A stretch of DNA of 64,000 bases, taken from the NCBI GenBank assembly GCA_013265495.1, contig MU058528.1:62001-126000 (forward strand), written 5' to 3'. Shown piece by piece: positions 36,165-48,720 of this stretch. The notes under the pieces were generated by a model. The model saw nothing but the letters and a program-made list of their open reading frames with translations. It was not told the DNA's origin and searched no databases. A program made the position numbers and the translations under genes. Each line of letters opens with the position of its first letter. Positions within the stretch are counted from its first letter, which is position 1. Source of the DNA: Vicugna vicugna. Taxonomy: Eukaryota.

Positions 36165-37814
36165 TTTTAGGAGAATCGTCTCCATTTCAGAATAATGTAT
36201 AGAGAGTTGATTGTATTCAACTGTCAAGTGCTTTGGTAGAACATTAAATAGCAACTAGTAAAACTTCACCTCTTCCAGCAAGTTTCTGTGCGCCCATTAA
36301 ACATTTTTCCATTGCCTGTAGATTTGGCAGGGGTGGAGTGAAGTTGAAGGAGGCAGATTACAATCTCTGAACCAGTGAATAAATTAAAGTTCCTCTATAC
36401 TTGAGTTGAGGCCAGGAAAAAAGAAAAAGGAAAAAGAAAAATAAAACCCCAAAACTCCCCCAAAATATGAGCAAAAACTACAAGGGAGCAGAGGCTGGGT
36501 GCTTCTTAGAGAGCAGCGCAGGCTCTGGTCACAGAGAAAGCCCTGGTCAACATGTGCATGTTGTTAGTACTAATTCTGTCCCCACTTGCCTTTCATTTAC
36601 GTGGCTTTCACTTGTGGCTAAATCTGCTTTACAGGTGACCTGTGGTCCAGAGAGTGAAGATCAAAGGAATTCACAGGAAGCCACTTCTCAGGATTTCAGA
36701 AATGTACAGAGCAGAGATGAAATGCACCTTTGGTCTCACCATTTTTTTTTTCTCCAATGCATAAGGCACGGTTTCTCAACTTAACATTTACCTTCTAGTT
36801 GTCAATATTCCTAACATGCTGTTTTCCATAATCATTGCAGAGCACTTGAATTATAATTAATCCAGGGGACAGATTCAGCGTTGCTTCACTTTGCCAAGAA
36901 CTTTCCATTGGTGATTGCTCATGTGTATTTCACAGAGCGATTAGCGTAGGTCTTGTCCTGGTCAAGCAGCTGCTGCGCGACAGAAACTCCTCAGAGGTAT
37001 CAGGAGACAACTGGGAATGTGCAGGGGGGTCCTGACATGGCCACTGTGACCCAGCAGGGGAAGGGAAATGCATATTTTTTCCACCCGCTGCCTATGGTAC
37101 TCTGCCATATCCTGTCTGGGATATAAAGTCATTTTAGCTTCCAAAACTGGTGTTTCATCTGGAAACCAAGTTTTCTTTCATCCAACCCCTTCTGTTAAGA
37201 TTCGTGTGAGGAGTCATCTGGGATCCTACTTTATTGACCTGAATAAACTAGGTCTATTCCAACATACGTTGCTGCCATCTATTTTTTTTTTCCATTAAGT
37301 CTTGGCATTACATTTGGGAATGAGAAAAATGTTACCTTGTTCTAGGAACAAATCTTTATGAGTGTTATATATAAAAAATGCATCTGGATGACTGTTTTTC
37401 AAATGGTGCCCTTCAAGTTCCAGACATTTTCCAGGGGTACGCCTGGCAACAGGTTATCTCTGACACGTGAGTCTGGGCTTCCTGGGGCTTCTTCGGCTGA
37501 CTACACACCACTTGATTTTAGTGTTTGTCATTTTCCTTCTGGAGTGTTCTATAAACATCAGATCCAAATCCATCAGTTATTTTTTGTTTGGTTGTTTCTA
37601 AATTTCATGAAATGCAGCGTTAGGACTGATATGTCTCTTAAAAGCCATAAGTTATTCTGGCACAACAGTAATTAGAAAAGAATATAGTCAGTTCCAGATA
37701 AGTTAGTTGTCAAGTGGGACAAATAACCTTGAGCTCCTGGGATGTTTACATTCCCTTGAACTTTATTTTGGTGCCGTCTGCTTTGATGTCCATGTCTTGT
37801 GGCGGGATGTATAT

Positions 37815-37920
37815 TAGATTATGAGGCAGCAGACTTTGTTCCCAGTCCTGTTTCTGTGACTGACAAGCTGTGTGAATTTGAGTGAGACCATTCCTTCTCT
37901 GTGCTTCAGTTTCCTCATTT
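37815..37920 (+). mobile_element. MIR fragment
   Basis: agctgtgtgaatttgag...ctctgtgcttcagtttcctcattt core. Confidence 0.7.
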
Positions 37921-37931
37921 GGTTGGGACTC

Positions 37932-38554
37932 AATTTTTTTTTAAAGTTGAAGTATAGTTGATTTACAATGTTGTGTTAGTTTCTGGTGTACAGCAAAGTG
38001 ATTCAGTTATACGTGTGTGTGTGTGTGTGTGTGTGTGTACATATTCTTTTTCAAATTTTTTTCCATTATAGGTCATTACAAGATATTGAATATAGTTCGC
38101 TGTACGATATAGTAGGTCCTTGTTGTTTATTTATTTTATGTACAGTAATGTGTATATGTCGATCCCAGACTCCTAATTTATCCTTCTCCACACCCCTTTC
38201 CCCTGTGGTAACCATCGTTTGCTTTTGATCAGTCTATTCCCAGTTTGTAAATAAGTTCTTTTGTATCATTTTTTAGATTCCACATATAAGTGGTATTATG
38301 ATATTCGTGTTTGTCTGACTCACTTCACTTAATATGATAATCTCTAGGTCCATCCATGTTGCTGCAAAAGGCATTATTTCATTTTCTATGGCTGAGTAAT
38401 ATTCCATTATATATATATATATCACATCTTCTTTATCCATTCATCTGTTGATGGACATTGAGGTTGCTTCCACGTCTTGGCCATTATTAATGGTACTGCT
38501 ATGAACATTGGAGTGCATATATCCTTTTGAGTTAGGGTTTTCTCCAGATAAATG
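37932..38554 (-). mobile_element. 5'-truncated LINE-1 (artiodactyl-type) with internal (GT)n at about 38013-38038
   Basis: ttgaagtatagttgatttacaatgttgtgttagtttctggtgtacagc antisense 3' end. TSD TGGTTGGGACTC at 37920-37931 and 38555-38566. Confidence 0.9.
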
Positions 38555-40341
38555 TGGTTGGGACTCCAATTTTAAAACCCTTCAGTTTAAAAGTCTAGGA
38601 ATCTTTCTAGTGCTATTAAATGGTGGTTAATAATGAGGTTCATTGCCACCTTGCTCTGTCCTTCTCCACTTGAGCTCCTCCCTGGCTTCACTGGAAGAAC
38701 TTGATGAAGGGAAAGGGCAGATTGCAATCTAGAGAGAAAGGAGGGATTTATTAATAAGTTATTGAGAATCAGTATCAGTTCCTGCCTGCACTGGCATCAT
38801 CTTTGGGCCTATCGTTAAGAGGTTTCTTTTCTAGCATCAGCTCAGTGGAGTTCTTGAGAAGTGAGAGCCAAACTAAGTAGCCATCAAGAGATCCACCCCT
38901 ACCACCCTGGGGGTGAGGGTAGGTATCTACAAGAGTGAGAGGTATCTGAATTACTCTTCCTAATTCCTGAATCTGCTGTTTTTGGGGATGGCTCTGGCTT
39001 TACTGAGGTCTAGTTTTAAATTCATGGGTTTCTCCTTTGTTTCTCAAAGACGCTCTGGTTTTCTATTCTGGAACTAGAAGACCTTGACCTTCTACCTGAC
39101 TACTGTCAGCTTCTTACTTTTCTCTCTACAACAGATACGGGATTCTGGTCTCCACATCCTCAGTCACTGTGTGACACCTGACTTGACAGGGAATGAGCCT
39201 CAATGGACCACAGTGCTTTCACCCACCAGGCTAAAAGTATAGATGCCTCCCCCGCCCCAGACTGTCTTCTGCTATCATATCAGATAGCTGCGCTCCATCA
39301 TATCAATCCTTGGGATTTGGACATAGGTTTTGATTGAATACAAGATTTATATGTCCCCTTTGTTTGCAATTTGGACTTCAGCTCACCCTTGACTCAGAGC
39401 CCCATCCTTTAGCTTAGTTTTTCTTGTGAACTTCCATTGAAATCTTAGATTTTCTGCCAGGTGAACCATAAGGAACTGTTGTTTGACAAACAGGAAAAGG
39501 AGCTTTCATGTTACTGACATTTTTGAGTTGTGCATGAAGTCACTAAAGGGTTTTTATTTGTTTGGCATATATTTCCCCTGGAAACCTGAGAATATAAGCA
39601 TTCAAGAAGCAAATCATTTTAGAATTGGCATTGATCACAACAGAAATGCTTACACATTTTACTTGTCTTTAATAGGTAATAAGTGTATAGCAAATTACCC
39701 TGCCAGAGCTAGTGGGGAGTTTAATTCATTCCCTGTTTGTAACACATGGAGTCATTCCTGAAGAGCCTCAATTCATTGTCCAAAAATAACTCCAAAGATG
39801 AATTTCACCTTAGATTTACTGCCTACCATTGTGTATCTTGTAAATGCAATGGTGGGAAGCAGTCACTAATTTAATCATTTACATTTGGGAATAGTTGAGT
39901 GGAATCAAAGATATTTGACCTCTGCTTTATGAATTTAAATTTGGGGGAAAGGATTTATGAGTTTGACCTGGAGGATCTTTTGGTTCCATTAGTGGTCACA
40001 GGTGCTCACTAGAAAGCTGTTACAAGTTTCAAGTTTGCTACATTGAAATGTTGCTGCTGCCTAACAGCTTATTTGTCAGATCAAAAGGTACCAGGCAAGA
40101 TCACAAGACGTTTTTTAGTGCTTGCAAATTCTTGAGGGAATTATTCTTTTTCCAAATGGCATAAATTTAAAAATGTTTTCATATTTGCGGCGATTCTTTA
40201 AGCATCCTCACATATGATTGCTCAGCTCTTAGCCTTGTTTCCAAGGCAACCCCACTTACCGTATGGGTCCCTATATGATGTACCCTGGCCAAGAGGCTCT
40301 ATCTCACTTTTTGCCTCTGAACCTGCTTACCCTAAAATTCT

Positions 40342-40599
40342 ATTGGTTCTTGAGCTCACTCCTGATTGGTTGTTTCCTTCACACCTGATTGGTCCATTTC
40401 CCTAACTTCTGATTGGTCCATTTGTAGTACTGTATTTGCATGGAGCTCACTCCTGATTGGTTATTTCTCTCCCTCCTGATTGGTCCTTTCTCTCCCTCCT
40501 GATTGGTCCATTTCTACAAAACTTGTTCCTAATTAGTCAACTTTTGTTATATCTTATTTGCATAGGATGTTGCAAAGTGTAAACTGGCAGCCTATAAAA
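40342..40599 (+). promoter_or_regulatory. LTR U3 promoter: NF-Y box array, two octamers, TATA
   Basis: CTGATTGGT six times plus TATTGGT. ATTTGCAT at 40434-40441 and 40556-40563. TATAAAA at 40593. Confidence 0.6.
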
Positions 40600-40731
40600 G
40601 CCTGTGCAAACCTACAGACGGGGTCCAGAGCTTGGAATATTAACTTCTCTGGGCCCACTGGCATAATAAACCCGAGTTCTCCAACTCTGAGTGCTGCTTG
40701 GTCTCTCGCCCGGATTCAGGTTGCTGTCACA

Positions 40732-40785
40732 ACTGAGCTGTAACACCGAGCTGAAACACTGAGCTGTAACACTGAGCTGTAACAC
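40732..40785. repeat. 4 x 13-bp tandem array ACTGAGCTGTAAC
   Basis: Units start at 40732, 40745 (2 mismatches), 40758 and 40771. Confidence 0.9.
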
Positions 40786-40804
40786 AATTTTTCTGCAACA
40801 CTAG

Positions 40805-40980
40805 AGGTTAAAGCTGCAAATGCCCTTTGAGATAATTTAAACCAGCCCCTCATTTTAAAGTTGAGGGAATTAAGACCCAGGAGGTTAAAGAGGTTGGTCA
40901 AGGTCACACATCTTTTTAGCAGAAGAAATGGTTGTTAAATCCAGATCTCCTGATTCTCAGTTTAAGTTTCCTTCTACCAT
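40805..40980 (-). mobile_element. MIR
   Basis: cccctcattttaaagttgagggaattaagacccagg...caaggtcacaca. Confidence 0.7.
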
Positions 40981-42105
40981 GTTCTGAAAAGGGTTAGAGC
41001 TAAATGAGAAAAACAAGCATTAAAACATTGCTTTCTCAGGTGTTTTTGTCTGTGGCTTTCCGGTGATGAAGCTGAGAAATGTGACATTTAAAATGGGTTT
41101 TGCTCAGCCGCCTTTCAGTTTAGTACCCTTCCCTGAGATGTTTCTACAGCAGCCTGTTTTCTGTGTCCCCAGTTTAGTACTTTGACCTCTTTTTAATTTT
41201 ATGCATAATTAAAATAGATGTTTCCTTTGGATCTGGGGGTTGGCTTTTGTTTTCTGTCAGCCTGTTGAACAGATGCCAGATAAATGAGCTCAAATGAATT
41301 TGAGCAAAATTTCTGTGAAGTGAGGGAGTACCATCCACATGCTAAGGAAACATGTGTCTGTTCCCTTGTCTGGTGGCTTTAATTACGTGTAGAATGCGCC
41401 GTTGAGAGAAACTTGGGACGGGATGTGTTCCCCTCAGGAAAGGCCTGTGGGTGACAGGGACACTGGGAGTGAAGGCCAAGCTAGAGGCCTGGTGATGGGT
41501 GTGAGGCCGGCAAGGGGCTGGCACCAGACCCCTCGAGGGCAGAGCTCACTTAGAGTCAGCCACTGCAATCTGTGTCTAAGGCTAATGGCATAAACAGAGC
41601 TAAGCGCCTGGGACATCCACTTTTTCTGGCATTCTAGACATGCGAGCATAAGTCCATGTGTTTTGAGTTGGTACTTTTTTTAAGCCTGGATGTCCTGGAC
41701 TCATTTTGCAGTTCTAACTTTTATACTATAGAGAAAAAGACACAGGACAGAGTATCAGCAAACCTGGAATCTGGTCTTGGTTCTACTACTAATAAATTAT
41801 GTGCCCTTTCCTCATCTGAAAGTAAAGTGGTTCTAATATTTCTTCTCTAAAATCTGTGGGCCAACCGGTTCTTCTTTTGTGGCCCAATTCCCCAGGCTCT
41901 AATCAATACTCGATTTCACCCCAGGGTTTCCCTCTGATTTTTAAAGAGATATCAGGATGTTCCCTCTGTGGGTAAATCTCCCCTTTCTGTCCTGGCTCCC
42001 AGGTCAGGCTTCTCTTCTAGGAATGCTTTTTGCAGCATCACCCCTTCCAAAGTGGCCACTGTGGTCTAGCAAAATAACTTGCTAGCAGAAATGCTTAGTG
42101 ACCTT

Positions 42106-42546
42106 TGTTATGGGTAGAATTTCCCCTTCTGCCCCCAATTCATATGTTGAAGTCCTAACCCCACTACCTCAGAATGTGGCCTTAGTTGAGAACAGGGTTG
42201 TTGCACGTGTAATTAGTTAAGTTAGGATGCGATCATACTGAAGTAGAGTGGACTCCTAATCTAATCTGACAGGTTTCCTTAAAAAAAAAAAGGGAAATTG
42301 GAACACAGACATGCCTATAGGGAGCATGCCATATGTAGGAGTTACACTGCCATAAGCCAAGAAATTACCAGAAGCTCAAAGAGAGGCCTGGAGTAAATCC
42401 TTCCCTGGAGCCTTCAGAGGGAGCGTGGTCCTGCTGATACCTTGATCTTGGACTTGCAGCCTCAGAACTCTGAGACAATAAATTTATGTTGTCTCAGCTG
42501 CTTAGTTTGTGGTACTTTGTTTTGGCAGCTCTAGAAAACTAATACA
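42106..42546 (+). mobile_element. MaLR solo LTR, MLT1B-like
   Basis: tgttatgggtagaat...catatgttgaagtcctaacccc...gcagctctagaaaactaataca. Confidence 0.88.
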
Positions 42547-43475
42547 ACTCTAACGGGGATTTGGTAAGTTGTTGGAATTTGTGTTGAGTGTTGCTCTTCC
42601 TGGATGGCTAGGAAATCACAATGACTTGGTCTTGCCTCCTGGGATGCACTGTATTCCATCAAAGTCAGTATTACTGGGTTGTTTAAAATAACAGTAATTT
42701 TTGTATGGAGTAAGGAATGATAACCTTGGTAGGAAGAATGCACCCATCCAAGGGTAATACAATTTATCCTCCTTTAATATTGATAACCTTACGCTCCCCC
42801 AACTTAAACTGGCTTCAGAAGCAAATAAAATGTGCTGGCGACTCAGTGATTCAAAACTGTCTTCAACCTGAAACAGTATTTGAAATGCAGGAATTCTCAT
42901 TTACCAAATAAATAGGGCAAATGTTTGATCTTAAACTGTTCCTAACAAAATAGGTCAATTCATAGCTCTGGCTTTCGATCATAGCAACAAAGAGGAATTA
43001 ACTGTGGTCACTTATGGTTACTAAGACCTAACATTTAAGTCTTTCCAAGGATATCCCAAAGCCTATATATATTGACAAAACTAGAACAGAAGTTGTATGT
43101 CAAGGACTGGGAGATGGAGGTGTGGTTAGAAAAACCTCCATGAAAGGGATGTTTCTGTCAACATCTGTATCTCAGCTGGAACCTCATTAACTCTTGTTAC
43201 GGTATTACCTATGGATATTAAAATGAGTCTCTTTTTAGGTATTTTGGCAATTATTCATAAATTCTCTGGCTTTGGTTTACATTGCTTGGTGATGTGTGAT
43301 ACTCCCTAAAGCAGAAATTCACTCTCTCTTCATGCTGTCAATTACTTTCTTCCCTGGTTTCTGTACCATTTGGGTCCCACATACATCTCTGGATGTTGGT
43401 TAATGCCTGGATGACTCTACCTGGGAGGCTTAAAGTTGACATGGCAGCAGATTCAAGTCCCAGGAATGAGTATAG

Positions 43476-43607
43476 TCAATATTATCCTGTCTTTTTTTAT
43501 CCTTATTGATTCCTATTGAATCAATATTATCCTTATTGATTCCTCAACTTTTTTATCCTTATTGATTCCTACTGAATCAATATTATCCTTATTGATTCCT
43601 CAACTTT
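43476..43607. repeat. Nested tandem duplication (2 x 56 bp, four copies of an 18-mer)
   Basis: Units 43493-43548 and 43549-43604 differ at one base. Each has TTATCCTTATTGATTCCT twice. Confidence 0.9.
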
Positions 43608-44392
43608 AGTTTTGATCTTGAGATACAGTTTCAGTAAGTTCCTTTACCTTACAAGTGGGGAACAGAACAGGTGTTATCTCCTTCTGGTACTAAAAATGAA
43701 AGATACTTGTTCCAAAAATATTCCTGGCCAACTATAATCTAATTAACAGAAGTAATGAAGGAAAACAGTATTTTCATGCCCCCTTGGTAAAACCAACTGG
43801 GTGGTTTAAAAATGTATGTATTTAGTCCAAGACAGGTTATAGATCATCTACTGTTTATTCAAAGATGTTAAGTTTTATTATTTTTCCATACTAACTAAGC
43901 TTAACTCCAAGTTTCCTAGCAGTAAAGTCAAACAAAAATATCATGATTATGAACTTCCATTTCTTTTAATAGAAGGAAGAATACCATCTCATCGAAAGAG
44001 GATTAAGTGACCAGCTTCAGTTTATTGGAAAGTTCCTGACTTCTTGATGACATATACTAGGTTGGCAGACGTCTTCGCAAATTTTTAAGATGGGTCTATT
44101 CTAAGTAAAAGAAGACTCTTGTAGATACTATTGCATAAACTAGGCATAGAAGTGTGAATTACTATGCATAAAATAAGTTAATGGGAATAAATTTTATTTG
44201 ACAAAAGCAGGGTAGCTCATTTAGGGTCTGTTTCCAGTCCATGGAACCCTCTTGGCTCTTGTGCTTCTATAGGGTATAGGTTCTCAATCAGAATCACTTG
44301 AAAATTGACAATTGATCATAAGCCATCGATTGCAAACTTGAAATCTCTTTCATTGCTCATAATTATATTCCATGGGCACAGCAGACATGGAC

Positions 44393-44878
44393 TGTACTTG
44401 TTACCTATAGCTGTGTGACAAATTACTCCAAAACCTCATGGCTTAACTTAACAAACTCATTATCTCTCAGCTTTGGTGGGTCAAAAATCTGGGTGCAACT
44501 CAAGTCTTTCACTCACTGGTTGCATTCAAGGTGTTGGCTGGGGAAGGATCCACTTCCAAGCTCACTCATGTGGCTGTTGGCAGGATTCAATTCCTTGCTG
44601 GCTGGTGGCCAGAGTTCTCCCTCAGTTCCCTTTCACAGGGCAGCTTACAATACAGCAGCTGGCTTTCCATCAGAGAGCATTCAAGAGACAGCAAACAAGA
44701 GAGAAAATAGTCTTTTTATAACCTAATTTTGAAAGTGACATCCCATTACCTTTGTCTTTCTTCATTTGTTAAAGTGAATCACTAGGTCCAGCCATGTGTA
44801 AGGGGAGAGGTCTACACAAGGGTGTAACCAGCAGTCGGTGGGCATCACTGGAAGCAATTTTAGGGCCTGCCTACCACA
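44393..44878 (-). mobile_element. MaLR solo LTR, MLT1F-like
   Basis: tgtacttgttacctatagctgtgtgacaaattactccaaaac...ccacttccaagctcactcatgtggctgttggcagg...gcctgcctaccaca. Confidence 0.85.
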
Positions 44879-46169
44879 CGGTAATAGGCTCTGTTGAGTT
44901 ACTTACAGTTGTTCTAAGTAAATAATTTGAACTGATATATTATTACCTTTCTATTTAAAAATAGGTCTATCCCACAAGGGCTACCTGAAAAATTCCATAC
45001 TTAATAAATTATTTTCCTTTACTGTTCCATAATGTAATACCAAAAATGATATTTGTATAGCACCCTATCACTTTGAGCATAGAGAGATTAATATTGTCAA
45101 AAAATCTGTGAAAAAAAAATCTGTGAAAGAGGAATTAATAAAATAATTTCACAAGTGAGAGAGGTGCCATTCAGAGAGATAAATGGATTTGCAGTATTAC
45201 ACAGCTGGGAATATGGCTTTCATGATTATTTTAAAGGCATTTATGAGGGATTTTTTTTGCTCAGAAACTTCTAAACAAGTCTAGGGAAAATATGCTTAAA
45301 TGATTTATTTTGACTGTCTTTTTTGGTTATTATGGGGAGCCAACAACATGTGTTTACACAAAACTAAAAAATGAGACAGAATTGTGTCATTTGCAATTCC
45401 TTCAGTATCTCCTAATGATACCAACTCTGGAACTGAGTTGCAGTAGACTGGGGACTACTTCTGCTGTGAAAATTTAGGGAATAGCCAAGTACATGGAGCT
45501 GTGGGAGCTTGCTTCTACTTGTGGATGACAGAAAAAAAAATTATGATCTTTTTTTCCCATCGGCATGATTCTTTGCTCCCCTCAGAAAGGAATCTTCTGT
45601 ATTCTTTTTCTACTTAATTTAGAAACTTAGAGAATAGAGGTCACAGTTTGAAGATGGACAGGAAAAAAAAAAAAGGAAAGAAGTAGAAGGGAAGAATGAA
45701 AAAGTTCAGGACACATGCTGATTGATTTCTTGCTACAAACTCAAGATTTACTTGCCGTGGAAAAGCCACTGTATCCATCCTGGTGAGTTGGATGAAGGCT
45801 GACTGCTCTGTCCACTTTCACACAGATCAGGCTAATTAATGCATATGGACCATCCTGGTTAGGTGAACTGTGAAAACTGGGTAAAACAGATTGGAGACAA
45901 TGGGTCATTTGACAGACTTCGCTGGTTCTATAGGGAATTTGACCACCATAATGCCGAAGTCAGCTGTGCATGTAGAAATGGTCATATTTAAGCTTCACTT
46001 GGTGAAAAACAGTAGCAGATGCTTCAAAAACTGTGGGAAAACTTCTGAACTTTATACTCCCACAAAGGTCATATTCAAAAACATTAAAATTTTTTTTGCT
46101 AGTGTTCTCATTTTAAATTATATTTCTAACTTCAGTCCTCTTAAGTGACATTGCCATCCTACCTAAGCA

Positions 46170-46810
46170 AGAGTTCTGTGTTCTTTCAATTCTGTTTTCC
46201 TATTCAATATTCTTCACAGAACTTATCACATCTGAACTTATTCTTTGTTTATTTATTTATTGTCTGCTTCCACCCCTGAGCTCTAACCTCCCTAAGAAGT
46301 GGAGTCCCCGCTGACTTCTTCAATCTCTTTACTGTGATATCCCAGCACCTAGGTTGGCGTTGGACTGAGGTAGATGCATTCTTTATACATTGAACAGCAT
46401 CTGTATTTTAGCCAAATTGACCTGGTTATGGACTCATGAACATGGCATGATTTACATTCCTTGCATCTAAAAACAATCATTTCCTTTGGTTTGAGTACCA
46501 CATGCTTCCCCTCTCTACTTCTGAAAATTGTTCACAGCTATCAGACATTCAGCCACTACCTTTCTCAGCCAATCCAGCACACAGTTATGACCCCTCCTTT
46601 GCAGTCTTATAACTATCATTGTCAGATTCACCAAATTGTTCATATGTCACATTGAAGTCCAGAGTATCTTTTTATGTATGTATGTCTTATGTCCCCAAGT
46701 GCATTATAAATCATCTGAAGATGAATCTGAGAAATTCTATGCATTTTTCCTTTTATCAGTTGCTATTAAAATATACCATGAATATGTAGATATTGAATGA
46801 ATATTCATTC
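46170..46810 (+). mobile_element. L2 fragments
   Basis: cacagaacttatcaca...tttattgtctgcttcc...tatcccagcacctagg and later tattgaatgaat. Confidence 0.55.
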
Positions 46811-47784
46811 ATTTTCATTCTTACACCTAGGCATAGTTTTACAAATCAGTTTATAAATTTGAAATGATTCTTGCTCTTGATGACTGCTAATGGTTTCATT
46901 TAAAATGGCATTTTAAGGCTGTATCTGCAGAAACCAGCTTCCAGATAAGTGGTACCAAATGGAAGCTTTAAAAATGAGCTGCTGGTTCCTGCCATTCCTC
47001 CAGTTGGAAAAGGTAGATGTGACTTTAGAGATCTGTTGTAGACACAATAAAGCTTAATGAATACTTGCAGAACAACACATGAACAGGCAAGAAACTTAAA
47101 AGAAATACATTCTGTAAAGAAGAAATCCTTATTAGAACATGAAATTTATTTCATAGAAAACTCGAGCACCCAGTCTTATGGAAGGACCAATGTCAAAATA
47201 AATGTTATCTTTGACCAATCAAAGTTCATTCTTATCATTTAAGGATTTGCCAACTTGATATATTCTTCTATTCACCCTCCCTGTCTTCTCCCAGGAAATA
47301 ACATTAAATAAAATCAAGTATCACAACAATAAGCTTCTCAGTTTTCTAGTTTCATTTATAATGTCATCAAGGCACTCATTCCTCCTCATCTGATTCCCTT
47401 TTGTTTCAAATTTAGCAGGATCCCTGACTTCAAAGACAATCCCCTGCAAAACTGTAGGTCCCACTTTTCCCCAGACTGTCCAGGGCTTGATCTATAATTA
47501 CTTTTACTTTTCCCCTATCTTTAACATCTATCTGAACTGCCTCTTCTTTCAATATACAGCTATGCTAACAATATAGATGTCTTCACTCTCATTTTCCATT
47601 TGACTACCATCCTATCTTGTCTTTCCCTCACATCAGCTTATATAGAAAGAAGAATTCACACTCACTCCTCCATCCTCACGTTCAAACTTCATCCTACTAA
47701 GACAAGCGAGAGCTTACCATCTCCCCATTTAAATGGTATTATAATAAACAAATGGATGAATATTTTAAAGCAAATTTTCTAGTA

Positions 47785-47985
47785 CATTTGATTCTGTTTA
47801 CTTGCAACAGTTATGTTCCATAAAATCACTAGCAGATACCGAGTCATTGCTCCTGAGGGAAAGTACAGGGTTGGGTTCCTGTGAGCCTCTGGTCATATTT
47901 TTATCACCTGCTCTATAGGTAAACTTCTTTTTTATGTTTTGGTCTAAAGATACGCTATGTATTGTACATTTTTAATTTATTAACA
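47785..47985 (+). mobile_element. MER82-like TcMar-Tigger fragment
   Basis: TA then catttgattctg...cagttatgttccataaaatcact...cattgctcctgagggaaagtacagggttgggttcctgtgagcctctggtca. Confidence 0.75.
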
Positions 47986-47987
47986 AT

Positions 47988-48140
47988 CCTAATCTCAAAA
48001 GTGCCATCTCATCTTTTTCATCTTACTCTAGTCATTGGAAGCCTGTCTCCAGATCCAGCTCACACACAAGGAGAGGGGATTACAGAAGATGTGGATACTA
48101 GTGGGTGGAGATCATTGGTAGTCATTTTAGAAGCTGTCCT
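47988..48140 (-). mobile_element. MLT1F-like fragment
   Basis: ccagctcacacacaaggagaggggattaca...gatcattggtagtcattttagaagctg, homologous to 44720-44878. Confidence 0.7.
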
Positions 48141-48169
48141 TTTCCCATCTCCTTTTCCCTTTTGTCTTG

Positions 48170-48720
48170 CTATAAAATATTTACTGAGCAACTGTTTTGT
48201 ACTAGGTACTGTAGAATGTATTCTAGGCAAGTATAATCAAGTCCTGTGAATTACCATAATTACCCAAGGGAGCTCTTACAAATGGATTCTTGGATCTCAT
48301 CTCTAGGTAATCTGATGCAGTAAATCTAGATAATGTCTGGGAGTGTATATTTTAAAAGCACTTTTGGTAATTCTGATTAACATGTCAGGCTGGAATCCAA
48401 TTCGGTGGCATTCTTTCCCTCAGAAATTCATGGTCTAATGGAAAAGATTACTGTTGAGTTAGATAAATGCTGTGTTAGAAGCAAGCACTGGATGATCTGA
48501 AGTACAGAAGAACATCTAAGTGGGGGAGTTTTCAGGTAGAACAAAGCCAGGAGCTGCTTCTCAGAGGTTGTATTCCTGAGTAAGCCCTTTGCACTAGGAT
48601 TAGCAAATAGGGAAGAGAAATGGATCTCAGGTCAGAGAAATAATATATAGAGGCTTGAGTGCCCATGACAAGGAATTAAAAATAGTTTGGTATGAATGGG
48701 GAAAAGTGCCATTTTCTGAA
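48170..48720 (-). mobile_element. L2 fragment with a MER5-like insert at about 48250-48400
   Basis: aatatttactgagcaactgttttgtactaggtactgt (antisense L2) and tctgatgcagtaaatcta...ggtaattctgat (MER5-like). Confidence 0.5.

Larger units (their letters stand above)
40215..40800 (+). mobile_element. ERV1-class solo LTR with CCAAT array (5' boundary uncertain, may extend to about 40049)
   Basis: 7 ATTGG motifs at 40342-40506, TATAAAA at 40593-40599, AATAAA at 40665-40670, end ...ctgcaaCA. U3-R-U5 order is intact. No clear TSD found. Confidence 0.8.

Noticed and set aside
40732..40785. CRISPR-like array (also 43493-43604)
   Set aside because: Tandem units without unique spacers, in eukaryotic DNA with no cas genes.
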